Notes under the pieces: generated by a model | Databases searched by the model: none | Told to the model about the DNA's origin: nothing | What the model saw: the letters and a program-made list of their open reading frames with translations, nothing else | Part shown: positions 1 through 12,751 of the stretch, in pieces | Layout: every line of letters begins with the position of its first letter | How positions within the stretch are numbered: the first letter of the stretch is position 1 | Position numbers and translations under genes: made by a program | DNA from: Eledone cirrhosa | Taxonomy: Eukaryota | NCBI GenBank assembly: GCA_964016885.1 | Contig: OZ024742.1 | Span: forward strand, 23,436,001 to 23,500,000 | DNA length: 64,000 nt | Direction: 5' to 3'

Positions 1-700
1 AATCAATATATGGTCCCTAGTACTATTTCGTTATAGCTTCAGTACATTACAATTGAAGAATGTACTTCAAGCGACAACCCTGCTATCAGGAAGCCGTTAT
101 CATGTTCATGCTACCATATCTACAGAGCAATATGCGTCCTCCTAGATTCATGTAGGCTATTCACACGACAACATATAGTCTCGTTATAGCTTCAGTACAT
201 TACATTCCACACACAAGAATATATACCATCTTGTACTTCCTGCACGTTATTCACGTGACATTGTGGTTCCTCATATTCCATCGGTTCAATTTCAATACGG
301 TACTCAGACAATAATCTCTGCTCTCTAATATTTCATTGCTATATTTAGTGCAAGGAAAAGCCAACAAAATCAACAAATACTAAACGACAAACAGTATATT
401 TCATGAGTAAAGTTAAAAGAGTATGTGATAAGAGGTATAATGTAATAATATACAACTATTCGTCTATTGTTGATTGAATCAGCAACAGAAATGTGAACAG
501 TAAAACGTGTACTAAGAACTGTTAATGATTCAATGGAATTGGCTATTAAAAACATTTACTCATTAAAGACTAAACTCTCGGGAGGATAATTGCCTACTGC
601 AAGCCGGTTATTATTTAACTGATATAATAGATATCATTATTAATAGGTTTACTACAGAAACACAACATACACGAATTTTAGATCTCTTTTGCTTGTCATT

Positions 701-1019
<319 letters not shown>

Positions 1020-1110
1020 CGATAGAAATGTGGTAAGGAACCACGCGGACCATAACGCACCAAAGTACTCAATACTTAGGGTAGTAGAATGGGTAATATG
1101 AACGAGTAGC

Positions 1111-1204
1111 ACCCCGACGGCAGAGCTCAAGCCGTTTCGACGGCAAATTCTGGACTAAATTAAAATTAATCCTGGTATTTGAATAGCCGAGCTCCTCAAG
1201 GGGT
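1111..1204 (-). ncRNA. Type I hammerhead ribozyme, U3 core variant, long stem II (3' pLTR of PLE-1)
   Basis: ACCCC-UUGAGGA-G..CGGC[long]GCCG.C-GAAA-CGGC..GCC-GUC-GGGGU; stems I and III pair perfectly. Confidence 0.75.
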
Positions 1205-2317
1205 AATTCCATATATGGTCAAAGTGATTGTCACAGGGATTGGTCAAAAGTTAGTAGTTGAGACATAATAATTCTATGATGGCAATTGGTGGGGGGAAGG
1301 GGTAGCTAAACCTGCCGGTAGAAGAAAGACGGAGAGTGGGTGGAGGAGACCCATTCATGCATTGATAGTGCCGGCTACAGCTGGGCGTGAGGTCAGAGAA
1401 GATACTAGGGAGGGGGAGGGGGAGGAAGTCGAAACTGTAAGTAGAACAATGAGGGGTAAATAAATAGAAAAATACTGAGAGTGTTGAAAAGCGATTAAAT
1501 GTAAAAAAAAAATAAATAAACAATTTCTGGTTACTACGACCTAAGTCTCTCGCTATAGCTAGGCTAAAGAAATATACTAGGTGGGACGGAATTAAAAAGA
1601 CACCCTTTAAGAGGTATACGTAAGTATATCATACGGTGACGGGTCAATAAGTGTGGGGCCAAAAAACTAAAGAAACTACCACGAAATAATTAATAAAAGT
1701 TTCTACCCCAGGCACAAGGCCGGCAACCACCCAATGCAAAAAAGTAAACTAGTACGAAATAATAATTCAGAGTCCCGAAAAATACTAATACTATCTCTAA
1801 GGGTACCGCCACGATACAAAATTTCTAGTACAAGCTACATAAAAGCTCGTACGAAGTAAAAGTAAAATACGGAAAAATACTGAAAAATTAATTCAGAATC
1901 CCCCCCCCCCCCCCCCCCCCAAAAAAAAGCCACTAAGAAATATAGACAACACGGAAAAGGGGCAGCGGTCGGATAAGGGGGTAAGTATCCGGGGTCTCAC
2001 ACATCCGCTATAAAAAGCGGAATCGGCCAAATCTATCATAGAATAGGGGAAGGGTGGGGGTACTGAGGCTACAAAGGATTAGGGGCTGCCTCGGGTGGCC
2101 GAGAAAAAGACGACGACAAAGAAAAAGAACTGGGGTGGAAGGACTAGGGAGGGATGGGGGGAATAAGGAAATATAGAGGAAGCGATAAAAAGATATAAAA
2201 GAAGATCTTACGTCTCCCTTAGCAAGCAGGGGTTACCCATTACAAAATCGGTAAGTGGGGTGTTATAGCCCTAGTCTACCCCCCGGGTCATTATGGGGTT
2301 TGAGGGCGAGGTAAGTC

Positions 2318-4286
2318 CTACGCAATATGTATGTGTTTACATGCAGTAACCAGTTCATCTTTCTTGTTTAGGAGTTGGTCCGTCGAAAACAACATTTGTA
2401 AAGTTTCCTCCGAGCATAAATTGCACGGACGGCGTCCTCCCGTGTAAGAGTTGGCTCTGGACAGTAATCTCCAAGTGAGATGATAGGTAATGTTGTTATC
2501 CTTGAGGTCCCATATGTGGCCCGAAAGTGTAGTGGCGTGACGCCGGGCCGGGTTTCGGAAGGTATGTCTGTGTTGGTATAGCCGGGTATTGAAGTCACAT
2601 GCGGTTAATCCTATATAAGCTTTGTTGGAGGTGTCCGTCCTCACGTTGCACTGGTAGATCACATTACGATCTCTGCATCTGTTGTCGAGGGAGCAAATGG
2701 ATCCATCAGGACAGTTGCACCTCCTGGTCGGCTCTCCACTGCTATTTAGGTTATTTCTTCCATCGTGGTTGAGTTTTTTTGTTGTTGGAGAAGACGATGT
2801 TTTGTGCAAAATTTGGTGTAGTGCTATAAGAGAGTTTGATGGTATTTTTGTTAATTATGTTGTGGTAGCGGTATTGTAGTGGGAAGTGTTTTTCAATGAG
2901 CCTAAAGAATATTTTCCCGATAGGAGTTGTCACCTCGGCATTGTGGGGAGGATTGAACCATGTTACATTGCGTGAGCGGCGGTGTCGCCTGCTGGTTCCG
3001 CTAATGGGAGCTGGACAATAGGATATTTCCTCCCGGAAACCACTCCGCTTGAGGGCCTGGTTGTAATAAGGCTCATGTTCATCGAATATCTGCTCATTAG
3101 CTGACAAACGGGATATGCGGAGGGAGATGTTTTTGACCAGGTTGTTGGTGATGTTCCTAGGATGGTTTGATCAACGGTGGAAGTAGTGCAGGTTGTCGTT
3201 AGGTTTCCTGTATGGGTAGTACAGGTCATTATCGAGGTCGAGGGTAACGTCCAAGAAGTTTACTCGGGTCAGGGACGTTTGTAGGGTTATTTTAAATCCC
3301 AGTCGCGGAAGAAGCTGATTAATTGTTTACGGACCCAATCTGTACTACTGGGGCTCTACCCTTTAAGGGTAAGGAGCCCATCATCACGGTACAATCCACC
3401 GCCAAATGCAGGAAACATATCGGTGAGTTTGGCTATTAGGAATAATCCTATAAGATCTGTGACCTCCGCCGAATCCGTCGCGCCCATTCTGACATCGAAG
3501 GGTGAGTCGGGAGCTCTTTTTATCCATTTGGAGTTGTCAAAGAGTAAGACTGTCTTCCTGGCATGGAGGATGATGTTTCTTTCCTGGTCGGTGCTGGGCA
3601 CAAGTGCTTCGGCGAAGTCCAAGGCAGCCGTAAGTAGCGGTAAGGTGATTGAAGCATAGTAACTCTCTATGTCAAACTGGATGAATTTAGTGTCTCGTTT
3701 ATCCTCCATATTGTTGAACCAAGAGATTACTTCCTGGGTGTTGACCCATAGGCTAAGTCGGGCGTGTTGCTTGACTTTTGGTATCACGCGGTCTAGGATT
3801 TTTTTGCTGATTCTCCCTATGTCGGACTTCGTTGGGTTTATAAGCCTGATAGAAGGTTTACGGTCGAAATCGGATTTGTGGTCCTTCAGTGTGAAGTAGG
3901 GTGTCCGTGGGTCTAGGGGTTCCGTGCGGTCGGCGACCCCGAGGCGGGAGGTAATTTGTTGTCCATCTCGATTTATGTCCTCGATGCATGAGTGGTTAGC
4001 CTTTTTATAGGTGGAGTTTAGGCTACTCCTGATCAGTGTGTGGTATCTGTCGGGGTTGACAAAATAGAGGTTCCCAGTTTTATCCGAGTGCACCATGATG
4101 TCATTGGTGTTATCATACTCTGTTAAGTTGCTACGGAGTTTTTGTAGGAATCGGTTGTGACTGGGTTTGAATTTAATGTTCTTGACCAGTTGGAAAAGGT
4201 CATTCTCGAAGGGTGATAGCATAGGGTTCGGAGGGGGAGATTTGTAGGTAATAAATCCTAATCTCTCCTTGGTACCGAAGTCCTGA
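2318..4286 (-). pseudogene. PLE-1 reverse transcriptase + GIY-YIG endonuclease, frameshifted
   Basis: SDKTGN, YFTLKDHK..RLINP, FDIESYY, MGATDSAE, YRDD, thumb WFNPP; CNC..C..C linker, VIYQC..YIG..R..H, CNLC..E, LNK..CKH. Confidence 0.92.
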
Positions 4287-4854
4287 ACTCTGAATTATTA
4301 TTTCGTACTAGTTTACTTTTTTGCACTGGGTGGTTGCCGGCCTTGTGCCTGGGGTAAAAACTTTTATTAATTATTTCGTGGTAGTTTCTTTAGTTTTTTG
4401 GCCCCACACTTATTGACCCGTCACCGTATGATATACGTACGTATACCTCTTAAAGGGTGTCTTTTTAATTCCGTCCCACCTAGTATATTCTTTAGCCTAG
4501 CTATAGCGAGACACTTAGGTCGTAGTAACCAGAAATTGTTTATTTATTTTTTTTTTACATTTAATCGCTTTTCAACACTCTCAGTATTTTTCTATTTATT
4601 TACCCCTCATTGTTCTACTTACTGTTTCGACTTCCTCCCCCTCCCCCTCCCTAGTATCTTTTCTGACCTCACGCCCAGCTGTAGCCGGCACTATCAATGC
4701 ATGAATGGGTCTCCTCCACCCACTCTCCGTCTTTCTTCTACCGGCAAGTTTGACTACCCCTTCCCCCCACTAATTGCCATCATAGAACTATTATGTCTTA
4801 ACTACTAACTTTTGACCAATCCCTGTGACAATCACTTTGACCATATATGGAATT

Positions 4855-4948
4855 ACCCCTTGAGAAGCTCGGCTATTCAAATACCAGGATTAATTTTCAT
4901 TTAGTCCAGAATTAGCCGTAGAAACGGCTTGAGCTCTGCCGTCGGGGT
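4855..4948 (+). ncRNA. Type I hammerhead motif in inverted pLTR (U3-A8 variant)
   Basis: ACCCC-UUGAGAA-..-GAAAC GGC..GCC GUC-GGGGU; inverted copy of 1111-1204. Confidence 0.65.
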
Positions 4949-4958
4949 CCTACTCGTT

Positions 4959-4996
<38 letters not shown>

Positions 4997-4999
<3 letters not shown>

Positions 5000-5607
5000 T
5001 GGCTGCCAACTCGTTTTCGAGTACGGCCACTACTTCATATCCATGTAGGAGAACCCTTACCGATGCGCTGGGCGAGTGTGACTTTTTAGTCCAGCCAGCG
5101 TCTTGAAAACTCTATTACAACCACTACACTTGTGACAATTATTGACCCATAGTGCTGGGCCCATGGTACCATGTGACAACAAGTGCAAAGAGATCTCCAG
5201 ATATAAAGCAATGCCTGTGCCGTGAAGCTTTTATAGTGAGCAAAGGCACTGCACAAAGCCAGTCCCACTCTCTTAACCAAGATGATATTTACCAAAAAGA
5301 AGAACAAGTCAACATCATTGGAAACCATCAGGGTTGCAGGCGTTATATCAGAGTTTTCCTTCTCCTAGAATTCTGCCTTGACAAAGGCTAAGGGGGTCAT
5401 CTCTCCCGGTGATTTTGGATGGCCATTGACTCTTAAGAGCTCCTTTGCCTTTTGACAGGTTTTGTTTTTAATCCTGCAGGATGTCCAAAGTCACCCTCTT
5501 CACCAAGAAACCTTGGTGGGGTTGCCAGTTTAGTCGCCAACGACCCGACCATGGGACAGGTTGTACTGGGATACATGTTACCAGTAGCACCAGCTGGTGA
5601 CCTGACA
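4997..5607 (-). mobile_element. ~600-bp non-autonomous retroelement with RTE-like 5' UTR, copy A
   Basis: Near-identical reverse complement of 25855-26456; motifs ctggcaacccc..agaaggaaaactctgat resemble RTE 5' UTRs; microsatellite-flanked. Confidence 0.7.
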
Positions 5608-5634
5608 TATATATATACATACATACATACATAC

Positions 5635-5696
<62 letters not shown>

Positions 5697-5908
5697 GTAT
5701 GTATATATATATATAAATACATAAATATATAGATATACATACATGAATGTATATCTATATGGCATAAGTAAAATAGTAATATAGTGTCGGTAGTAATAGA
5801 CACCCCCACAAAATTGTAATGTTGCAGGTGCATAGATAGATAAACATAACATGTAGCCGTCCCAACAGAAATTACCATAATAAATGTCGATAAATCTCTC
5901 TCTCTCTC

Positions 5909-5978
<70 letters not shown>

Positions 5979-5979
5979 C

Positions 5980-7600
5980 AAAGAAGGACTCACTAACAAG
6001 GAATTCAGTTTCATCACAGACTTCACAAGTAAATCCAGCCTTTTCTACGGTATCCCTAAAGTACATAAAAGCGAATTAATAAGTAAGGCATGCAAGGAAG
6101 CCACAGGCATAGTCATCAATGTCCCCTCACCCGATGATCTCAAATTAAGACCTATAATAGCAGGCCTCGCTTGCGACACCCACCGCCTTAGCAACTTCAT
6201 TGATACCCTTCTCAAGCCTTTTCTCAAACACATCAAAAGCTATATAAGGGACGACCTAGATATTCTCAATCACCTCCCTAATATGCCCCTTTCTGAACAA
6301 ACCCTACTAGTGACGTTCGATGAGTCAACCTATACTCCAACATCCCCCACAACCTAGGAATAGAAGCTATCCAATTCTGGCTGGATAATTACCACAATGA
6401 ACTCCCACAACGCATCAAAAAAGAATTCGTGATAGAGGGACTCAAATTTATCTTGGAGAACAATTACTTCGTTTTCAATAACAAACCCTACAGGCAGAAA
6501 TCTGGGACCGCTATGGGAACAAAAACAACCCCCACTTATGCCAACCTAGTCATAGGATACCTGGAAATCACCCTCTACACTAAAGTCCTAAACAAATTTG
6601 GAAACACTCTCCACTTACACATAGAAAGGAACTGGAAGCGATATCTAGATGACTGCTTCATCCTTTGGCACGAAAACATCGAGAAACTTAAAGAACTTCA
6701 CACACTTATAAATGGGCTCAACACGAATATTAACTTCACGGTGGAATACAGCCATCAACAACTCCCCTTCCTCGACATCCTCATTAAGATCCATAACAAA
6801 AAAATAGAAACAGACATATACTACAAGCCCACAGACTCCAAGCAATATCTTCCTTTCAACTCTTGCTACACTAGACACGTTAAAATTAATAATCCCTACA
6901 ACTTAGCCAAAGGAATCTGTACTATAGTCTCCAATACTACTTACGGCTACAAGAACTAAAGGACACAATCATAGGCAGGGACAATGGAATCCAACGTGCC
7001 CTAAAACTCAGTACCCAGGACCTTAGACACCCTAAAGTAAATCAACCGAAACTAAAAGCTCTTCCATACATCTCCACACACAACCCCCTCAACAATGAAG
7101 CCTTTGACACCATCCTCCAGAACATCCCTGTGTTGAAAAAGGACCATAGAATGAACCAAATCCTACGAACACTGAAAAACATCCGAACACATGCCAAAGT
7201 ACTGCCAACCACAACAACGAAACCCACAGTAAAAAAAATGCGATAGACCCAACTGTGGCATATGCATCAACCTAATAGAGGGTTCGGAATTTTATTTCAA
7301 AGAAAATCTAATATATGTATTAACTTGCTCAGGTTGTCGAGAACAATACATAGGCCAGACCAAAAACAGCCTCCGCCAACGCATGACTGTCCATAGATAC
7401 CAAATTAAAATACGGGAATACAGGAAAATACCACTGAGTGAACACATTGATACCTGTGCCGCCCAAAATCATCCCAACTTCTGAACATTTCCCCTCTACA
7501 CATTTAAAGATAATGCCACCCATACCCAGCGCATCAGCAAGGAATCTTACTTTATTAACAAATACGGACCCCGTCTAAACACTTATCCCTCAGACGAACC
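5980..7600 (+). pseudogene. PLE-2 (Neptune-like) RT + GIY-YIG, truncated and frameshifted
   Basis: FYGIPKVHK, LRPII, GTAMGT..YANL, WKRYLDD, LPFLD, YYKPTD; CDRPNCGIC linker; IYVLTCSGC..YIGQT..RMTVH. Confidence 0.9.
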
Positions 7601-8195
7601 CACAACATACACACGTCAACATACATACCTACATCAGCATACATCTCTATCCACATATAAACACAATGACATACGTAAACACACATATTCTATGGTGCAA
7701 CACAAATATACACAAATTTGCATAACTTTTGATGTGTATAGATATAAACATGCCGACACACACACATACATAAACGCACACATGCATTGCACACTGATGG
7801 GCACATACATATGTGTACACAAGTATTCCAATACGGCAAGGCCTAATGGATTCCCCATGCTGTACGTACAATCTGGACACACTCCAGATACATATTTATA
7901 CACAGGTATTCCAATACGGCAAGGCCTAACGGATTCCCCTTGCAATCTGGACACATTCACACACACCTTGGTATTATGCCAATACTATATATCATTTCAC
8001 ACCTTTTATTATTAAGGTTTTTGATGTTCTATTGAGAGAATCGATTTTACTGAAAATATCGAATAATGTACACCATTTCACCAGTACCACAAACATAATT
8101 ACTGGTCCACCCACACACACACACATTCTCACACACACACACACACATATATATATATACACACACACATACACACGCGTACATTAACATACAAA

Positions 8196-8286
<91 letters not shown>

Positions 8287-8314
8287 CTCCGTATAAGACA
8301 AGAGCTGAAAAATA

Positions 8315-8950
8315 TCTTTTAACATGTTCAAATATCCCCCACACACTTACAGACACATTCCTACTGGCCATCCCTCTACCACAAATTACTCTGCTACACA
8401 CACACACACACACACTCACACACACACACACACTTGTCTTAATAAGCATTTGAACTGTCAACAGGCTGCGGTGCGCACACACATCCCTGCTGACCAATAT
8501 CATAACAGCGAACCTCTTTACTACTACTACACACACACACATATTTGTTTTGAAAGACTTATTTATCAGTGACTTCTGAATCAGCCGACACAAACCTACA
8601 TTTGGCGCAAACTCAGTTTTTATTATTCACATGACCTATACCGACCAATCAAAATTGTTTTGACCACGAGAATTTTTGCAACACGAATTGGCGCAAAACT
8701 TATTTTAATACCGCTGGAGTCACTTTTTTAACATAAAAACAGGTAGAATTTCCAAAACTAATCAGATTAGAGCAAACATCACGGACGCTCTATCTCAAAA
8801 TTATTTTTGAAAAGCATTAGAAATGCGCAACCGGTAAAACTTAAAACCAAAAGTGAATACTAACCAATAATATTACTAATTCTCACTTATTCCTAATTAA
8901 ACTATTTTTCACTGTGAACAATTTGTCAGCATTTTCTTTTCTGTTTACCA
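8315..8950 (-). mobile_element. Unclassified non-coding repeat, homologous to 23063-23750
   Basis: Reverse-complement similarity over ~600 bp; ends at (TA)n. Confidence 0.65.
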
Positions 8951-9216
8951 ATATATATATATATATATACTTTGACTTTGATAACTTTGATAGGTTTCGG
9001 CCAGTGTTGGCCCAGGCCATGTGTAACTTAATAGCATCGCCTGGCTATGTCTTACTAATCAGTGTTTGGGCACCATGGCCCACTAGAGCAGAGATATATT
9101 GTTTACAGAGGCATTTCCGCTTATAGGAGACTTATCCGGGATTTCTTGAATAATTTATCCAAAGACTTCTTGAACTTATAAATATATATATATATATATA
9201 TATATTTCTCATGCTT

Positions 9217-9252
9217 TCTTCTGATGAAGGACTAGCGTCCGAAACGTTAAGA
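9217..9252 (+). ncRNA. Minimal type I hammerhead in a short pLTR-like fragment
   Basis: UCUU-CUGAUGA-a-GGAC uagc GUCC-GAAA-CGUU-AAGA. Confidence 0.7.
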
Positions 9253-9333
9253 CCCTCTTCCTGGTATTTCAAGCCTTATCCTAATATATTCCTTCCAAAT
9301 ACTTCACCGACTTTGTTGTTATTTCTGTTAACC

Positions 9334-9434
<101 letters not shown>

Positions 9435-9707
9435 CTATAAAGTATGCCCATAGAATCATTTGATAATATATTTCCTCTCCCAATTAGCATAAGCAACCAC
9501 ATAAACAAATCAATTAGACCAGGCTATAAGATTAAAAGGAACCTATGAAAAAATATTTTAATATATAAACGACAGCAATATCTACGCGGCCGACCGCCAT
9601 AGAATTTTTACCCAATATTTCAACAGCACGTGCGAATTGACTAAATATACCGTCAATTAGGTATAAAATTAAAGTTAGAAGAAATGCGTATACTCTTACC
9701 GGGATTA

Positions 9708-9788
9708 TGTCTCTACCCTCGGGTTTCGTCGCATTTTGAAATACCCTATTAAGGATAAAATCTCGAGTTTCGAAGTCGTCAGGAAACA
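9708..9788 (-). ncRNA. Type I hammerhead, long stem II
   Basis: UGUUUC-CUGACGA-[long stem II]-GAAA-CCC ga GG-GUA-GAGACA. Confidence 0.7.
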
Positions 9789-10332
9789 AACTCATAGGAC
9801 AAGTAATTTTCTAAATCGATCCCCGCCAGAAACAAATTCAAAATGGCTAAGAATCGTGACGTGGCAGTGGTCAAATCAGAAAGAATGTGATTGGTTGCTT
9901 ACGGCGAGTGGGCTGGTTGCTAGAAAGCGCAGCCCAATATTGCCCAAATTGCATCTCAACCTAATGGGAGATTATTAAATGATTCTATGGACATATTATC
10001 AAATGATTCTATGGACATACTTTATAGTATATTGCTCTGATTATTTAATTTATTAATTCATCATTGAGCCACATAGTGAATGGTTGCCAAAACATATATA
10101 TCTATGACTTTGTTTAGTTTGTGTATATGTAAATCTTTATATTAAATAATCTCCCATTAGGTTGAGATGCAATTTGGGCAATATTGGGTTGCGCTTTCTA
10201 GCAACCAGCCCACTTGCCGTAAGCAACCAATCACATTCTTTCTGATTTGATCACTGCCACGGCACGATTCTTAGCCATTTTGAATTTGTTTCTGGCAGGT
10301 ATCGATTTAGAAAATTACTTGTCCTATGAGTT

Positions 10333-10413
10333 TGTTTCCTGACGACTTCAAAACTTGAGATTTTATCCTTAATAGGGTATGTCAAAATGCGACGAAACCC
10401 GAGGGTAGAGACA
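10333..10413 (+). ncRNA. Type I hammerhead, long stem II (inverted partner)
   Basis: tgtttc CTGACGA ... gac GAAA ccc ga gg GTA gagaca. Confidence 0.7.
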
Positions 10414-10810
10414 TAATCCTGGTAACAGTATACGCATTTCTTCTAACATTAATTGTATACCTAATTGTGTACGGTTGACAGTATATTTAGTCGATTTCCA
10501 CGTGTTGTTGAAATGTTGGGTAAAAATTCTATGGCGGTTGGCCGCGTAGATATTGCTGTCGTTTATTTATTTAATATTTCTTCACATGTGCCTTTTAATC
10601 TTACAGCCTGGTCTAATTGATTTTCTATGTGGTTGATTATGCTAATTGGGAGAGGAAATGGCGTATATATATTATCAAATGATTCTATGGACATACTTTA
10701 TAGTATATTGCTCTGATTCTTTAATTTATTAATTCATCATTGAGCCACATCGTGAATGGTTGCCATAACATATATATCTATGACTTTGTTTAGTTTGTGT
10801 ATATGTAAAT

Positions 10811-10855
<45 letters not shown>

Positions 10856-10859
<4 letters not shown>

Positions 10860-11178
10860 ATAAGATCAAAAGATGGTTAAAACAGTTCAAAGTATTTTAT
10901 TATACGCATTTCAAAAACAAATATCATCATGAGATGATATCTGCGTTTTCATCAGATAAAATAGGGATACATGATATGAAGGTTAAAAAACACTTGTGGA
11001 TAGTGAAGTTTTAAATCAACATATCATGATGATATTTGTTTTTGAAATGCGCATAATAAAATACTTTAACCATCTTTTGATCTTATATTATTTATACTTT
11101 AGTCCTACATACTGTAGAGTGCTACTTATCCGATATTTGCATTGCTTTATTGTACTACAATAAAACTCATCTCCTACA
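10856..11178. mobile_element. pLTR-type fold-back fragment, family shared with 22388-22941
   Basis: IR 10856-10930 / 11018-11092; terminal tgctttattgtactacaataaaactca.ctcctaca shared with 22907-22941. Confidence 0.7.
10893..10963 (-). ncRNA. Type I hammerhead motif
   Basis: UAUUUUAU-CUGAUGA-AAAC..AUAUCAUC..GAUGAUAU..UUUU-GAAA-UGCG(U/C)-AUA-AUAAAAUA. Confidence 0.7.
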
Positions 11179-11189
11179 TATATATATAT

Positions 11190-11508
11190 ATTGAACATTT
11201 TAATCTCATGCACCCAATTAAGTTAAACCCCTGGTAATCTACGACGAATTTTTTGATAAGCACAACATTTAGACACCATCCCCAGGCCGAAGTATTCCGC
11301 ACTTCTTTGTACTGTTTCAGAATGGCCCGGCGTTGCACGGGCTTCCAAACATAGATTGGCATGTTTATCCCTCCTTTCTGAAACAGTACAGAGAAGTGCG
11401 GAATACCTCGGCCTGGGGATGGTGTCTACATTTTGTGCTTATAAAAGGAATTCGTCGTAGATTGCCAGAGGTTTAACTTAATTGGGTGCGTGAGAGTAAA
11501 ATGTTCAA
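11190..11508. repeat. Fold-back element, ~140-bp inverted arms
   Basis: IR 11190-11332 / 11376-11508. Confidence 0.8.
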
Positions 11509-12050
11509 CCCACGAGAGCCAAGACGATATGGTTAAGTAAAAAGGCATACGACAAACCGAACATGTATTTGTTGTTCTATGATACAATCAAAGTTACAGA
11601 GAAGTAAGCATGTGGGACTGCAGTGGTGGAGAGCATGAAGAAATTTAATTGGATACTTTTAAGGTTACCCAAATCTATCCAATCTGATATAGACCGAACT
11701 GTTATATCGGATGCCGAAAGTATCGCGGTTACTATTGGGGTCACCATCAACAATTTCAAGGGATGTACGTTTAACTTTATAAAGAGAGCTAACTCTTTCA
11801 AAATACTAAAGAGTTGTCTCTCTCTTAACATTGTAGACAAAATTGCCGAACTGACAAAAAGGTCGTGAAGTTTTAGTAAAAAATATGCCTTTAACAACAG
11901 AAAATTGAAAAATAAAAGCTGCAGTTAATATATGTAGACCGCAAGGAATATATAAATGCAAGTGTGAAGTCAATTGGAGTAGAAATGTGGATTTGTATAG
12001 ACTTTCCAAAATCAAGACACACACACACAGACAATTTCAGTATATATATT

Positions 12051-12110
<60 letters not shown>

Positions 12111-12751
12111 CGTAAATGAGTAGAGAAAAGACGAGCCACTAAAGGAAAGAATGAATTGATTTATTATATATATTAGAAATATAAAACTTCCATAAATATA
12201 CATTTAAATGAAAATATTTTTTTTTAATAAAAATTGTAGTCGGTAATAATATAGCTGGATGTCAAAATAAATCAGATGCTTTACTCTAAACAACATCACT
12301 TTAAAGAAAATATTAACTTATTCAAAAGATAGAGACAGTTAAAAAACAATCCAATAATATCTGATATGTGTAAACACTACACCTTTAAATAACTGAAAAA
12401 GATATTGACAAATATATACCTGGACAAACATTGTTTCAAATATAATTTACATTCAGTCGTGTTAGGCACGTGATTTTAATATCAGCATTAAATTCCGAAA
12501 CACCCCCACTATTCACATTGTTAGGTGTGTTTCTGTTATATAAGTTGTGTTTTACGTTTTATATATATATATACATAGAGACGATATATATATATATATA
12601 TATATAGCGGCGATGAATTAGTTTTGCGAGGTTTTTTTATATGAATTCGTGTGTCGAAACAAATATTGTTATACTTGGGGAGGGTTATATTTGTGTAATA
12701 TTGCCAGAATTAATAACAGAACACACTCACTGTTTGGTTGGTTTTCGCTTC

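Noticed and set aside
28-203. 24-bp direct repeat tcgttatagcttcagtacattaca
   Set aside because: Two copies at the window edge; cannot be interpreted
1251-4808. ORFs 1251-1523 and 4398-4808
   Set aside because: Incidental frames in the duplicated pLTR
11577-11897. 106-aa non-repetitive ORF
   Set aside because: No recognisable domain or splice support
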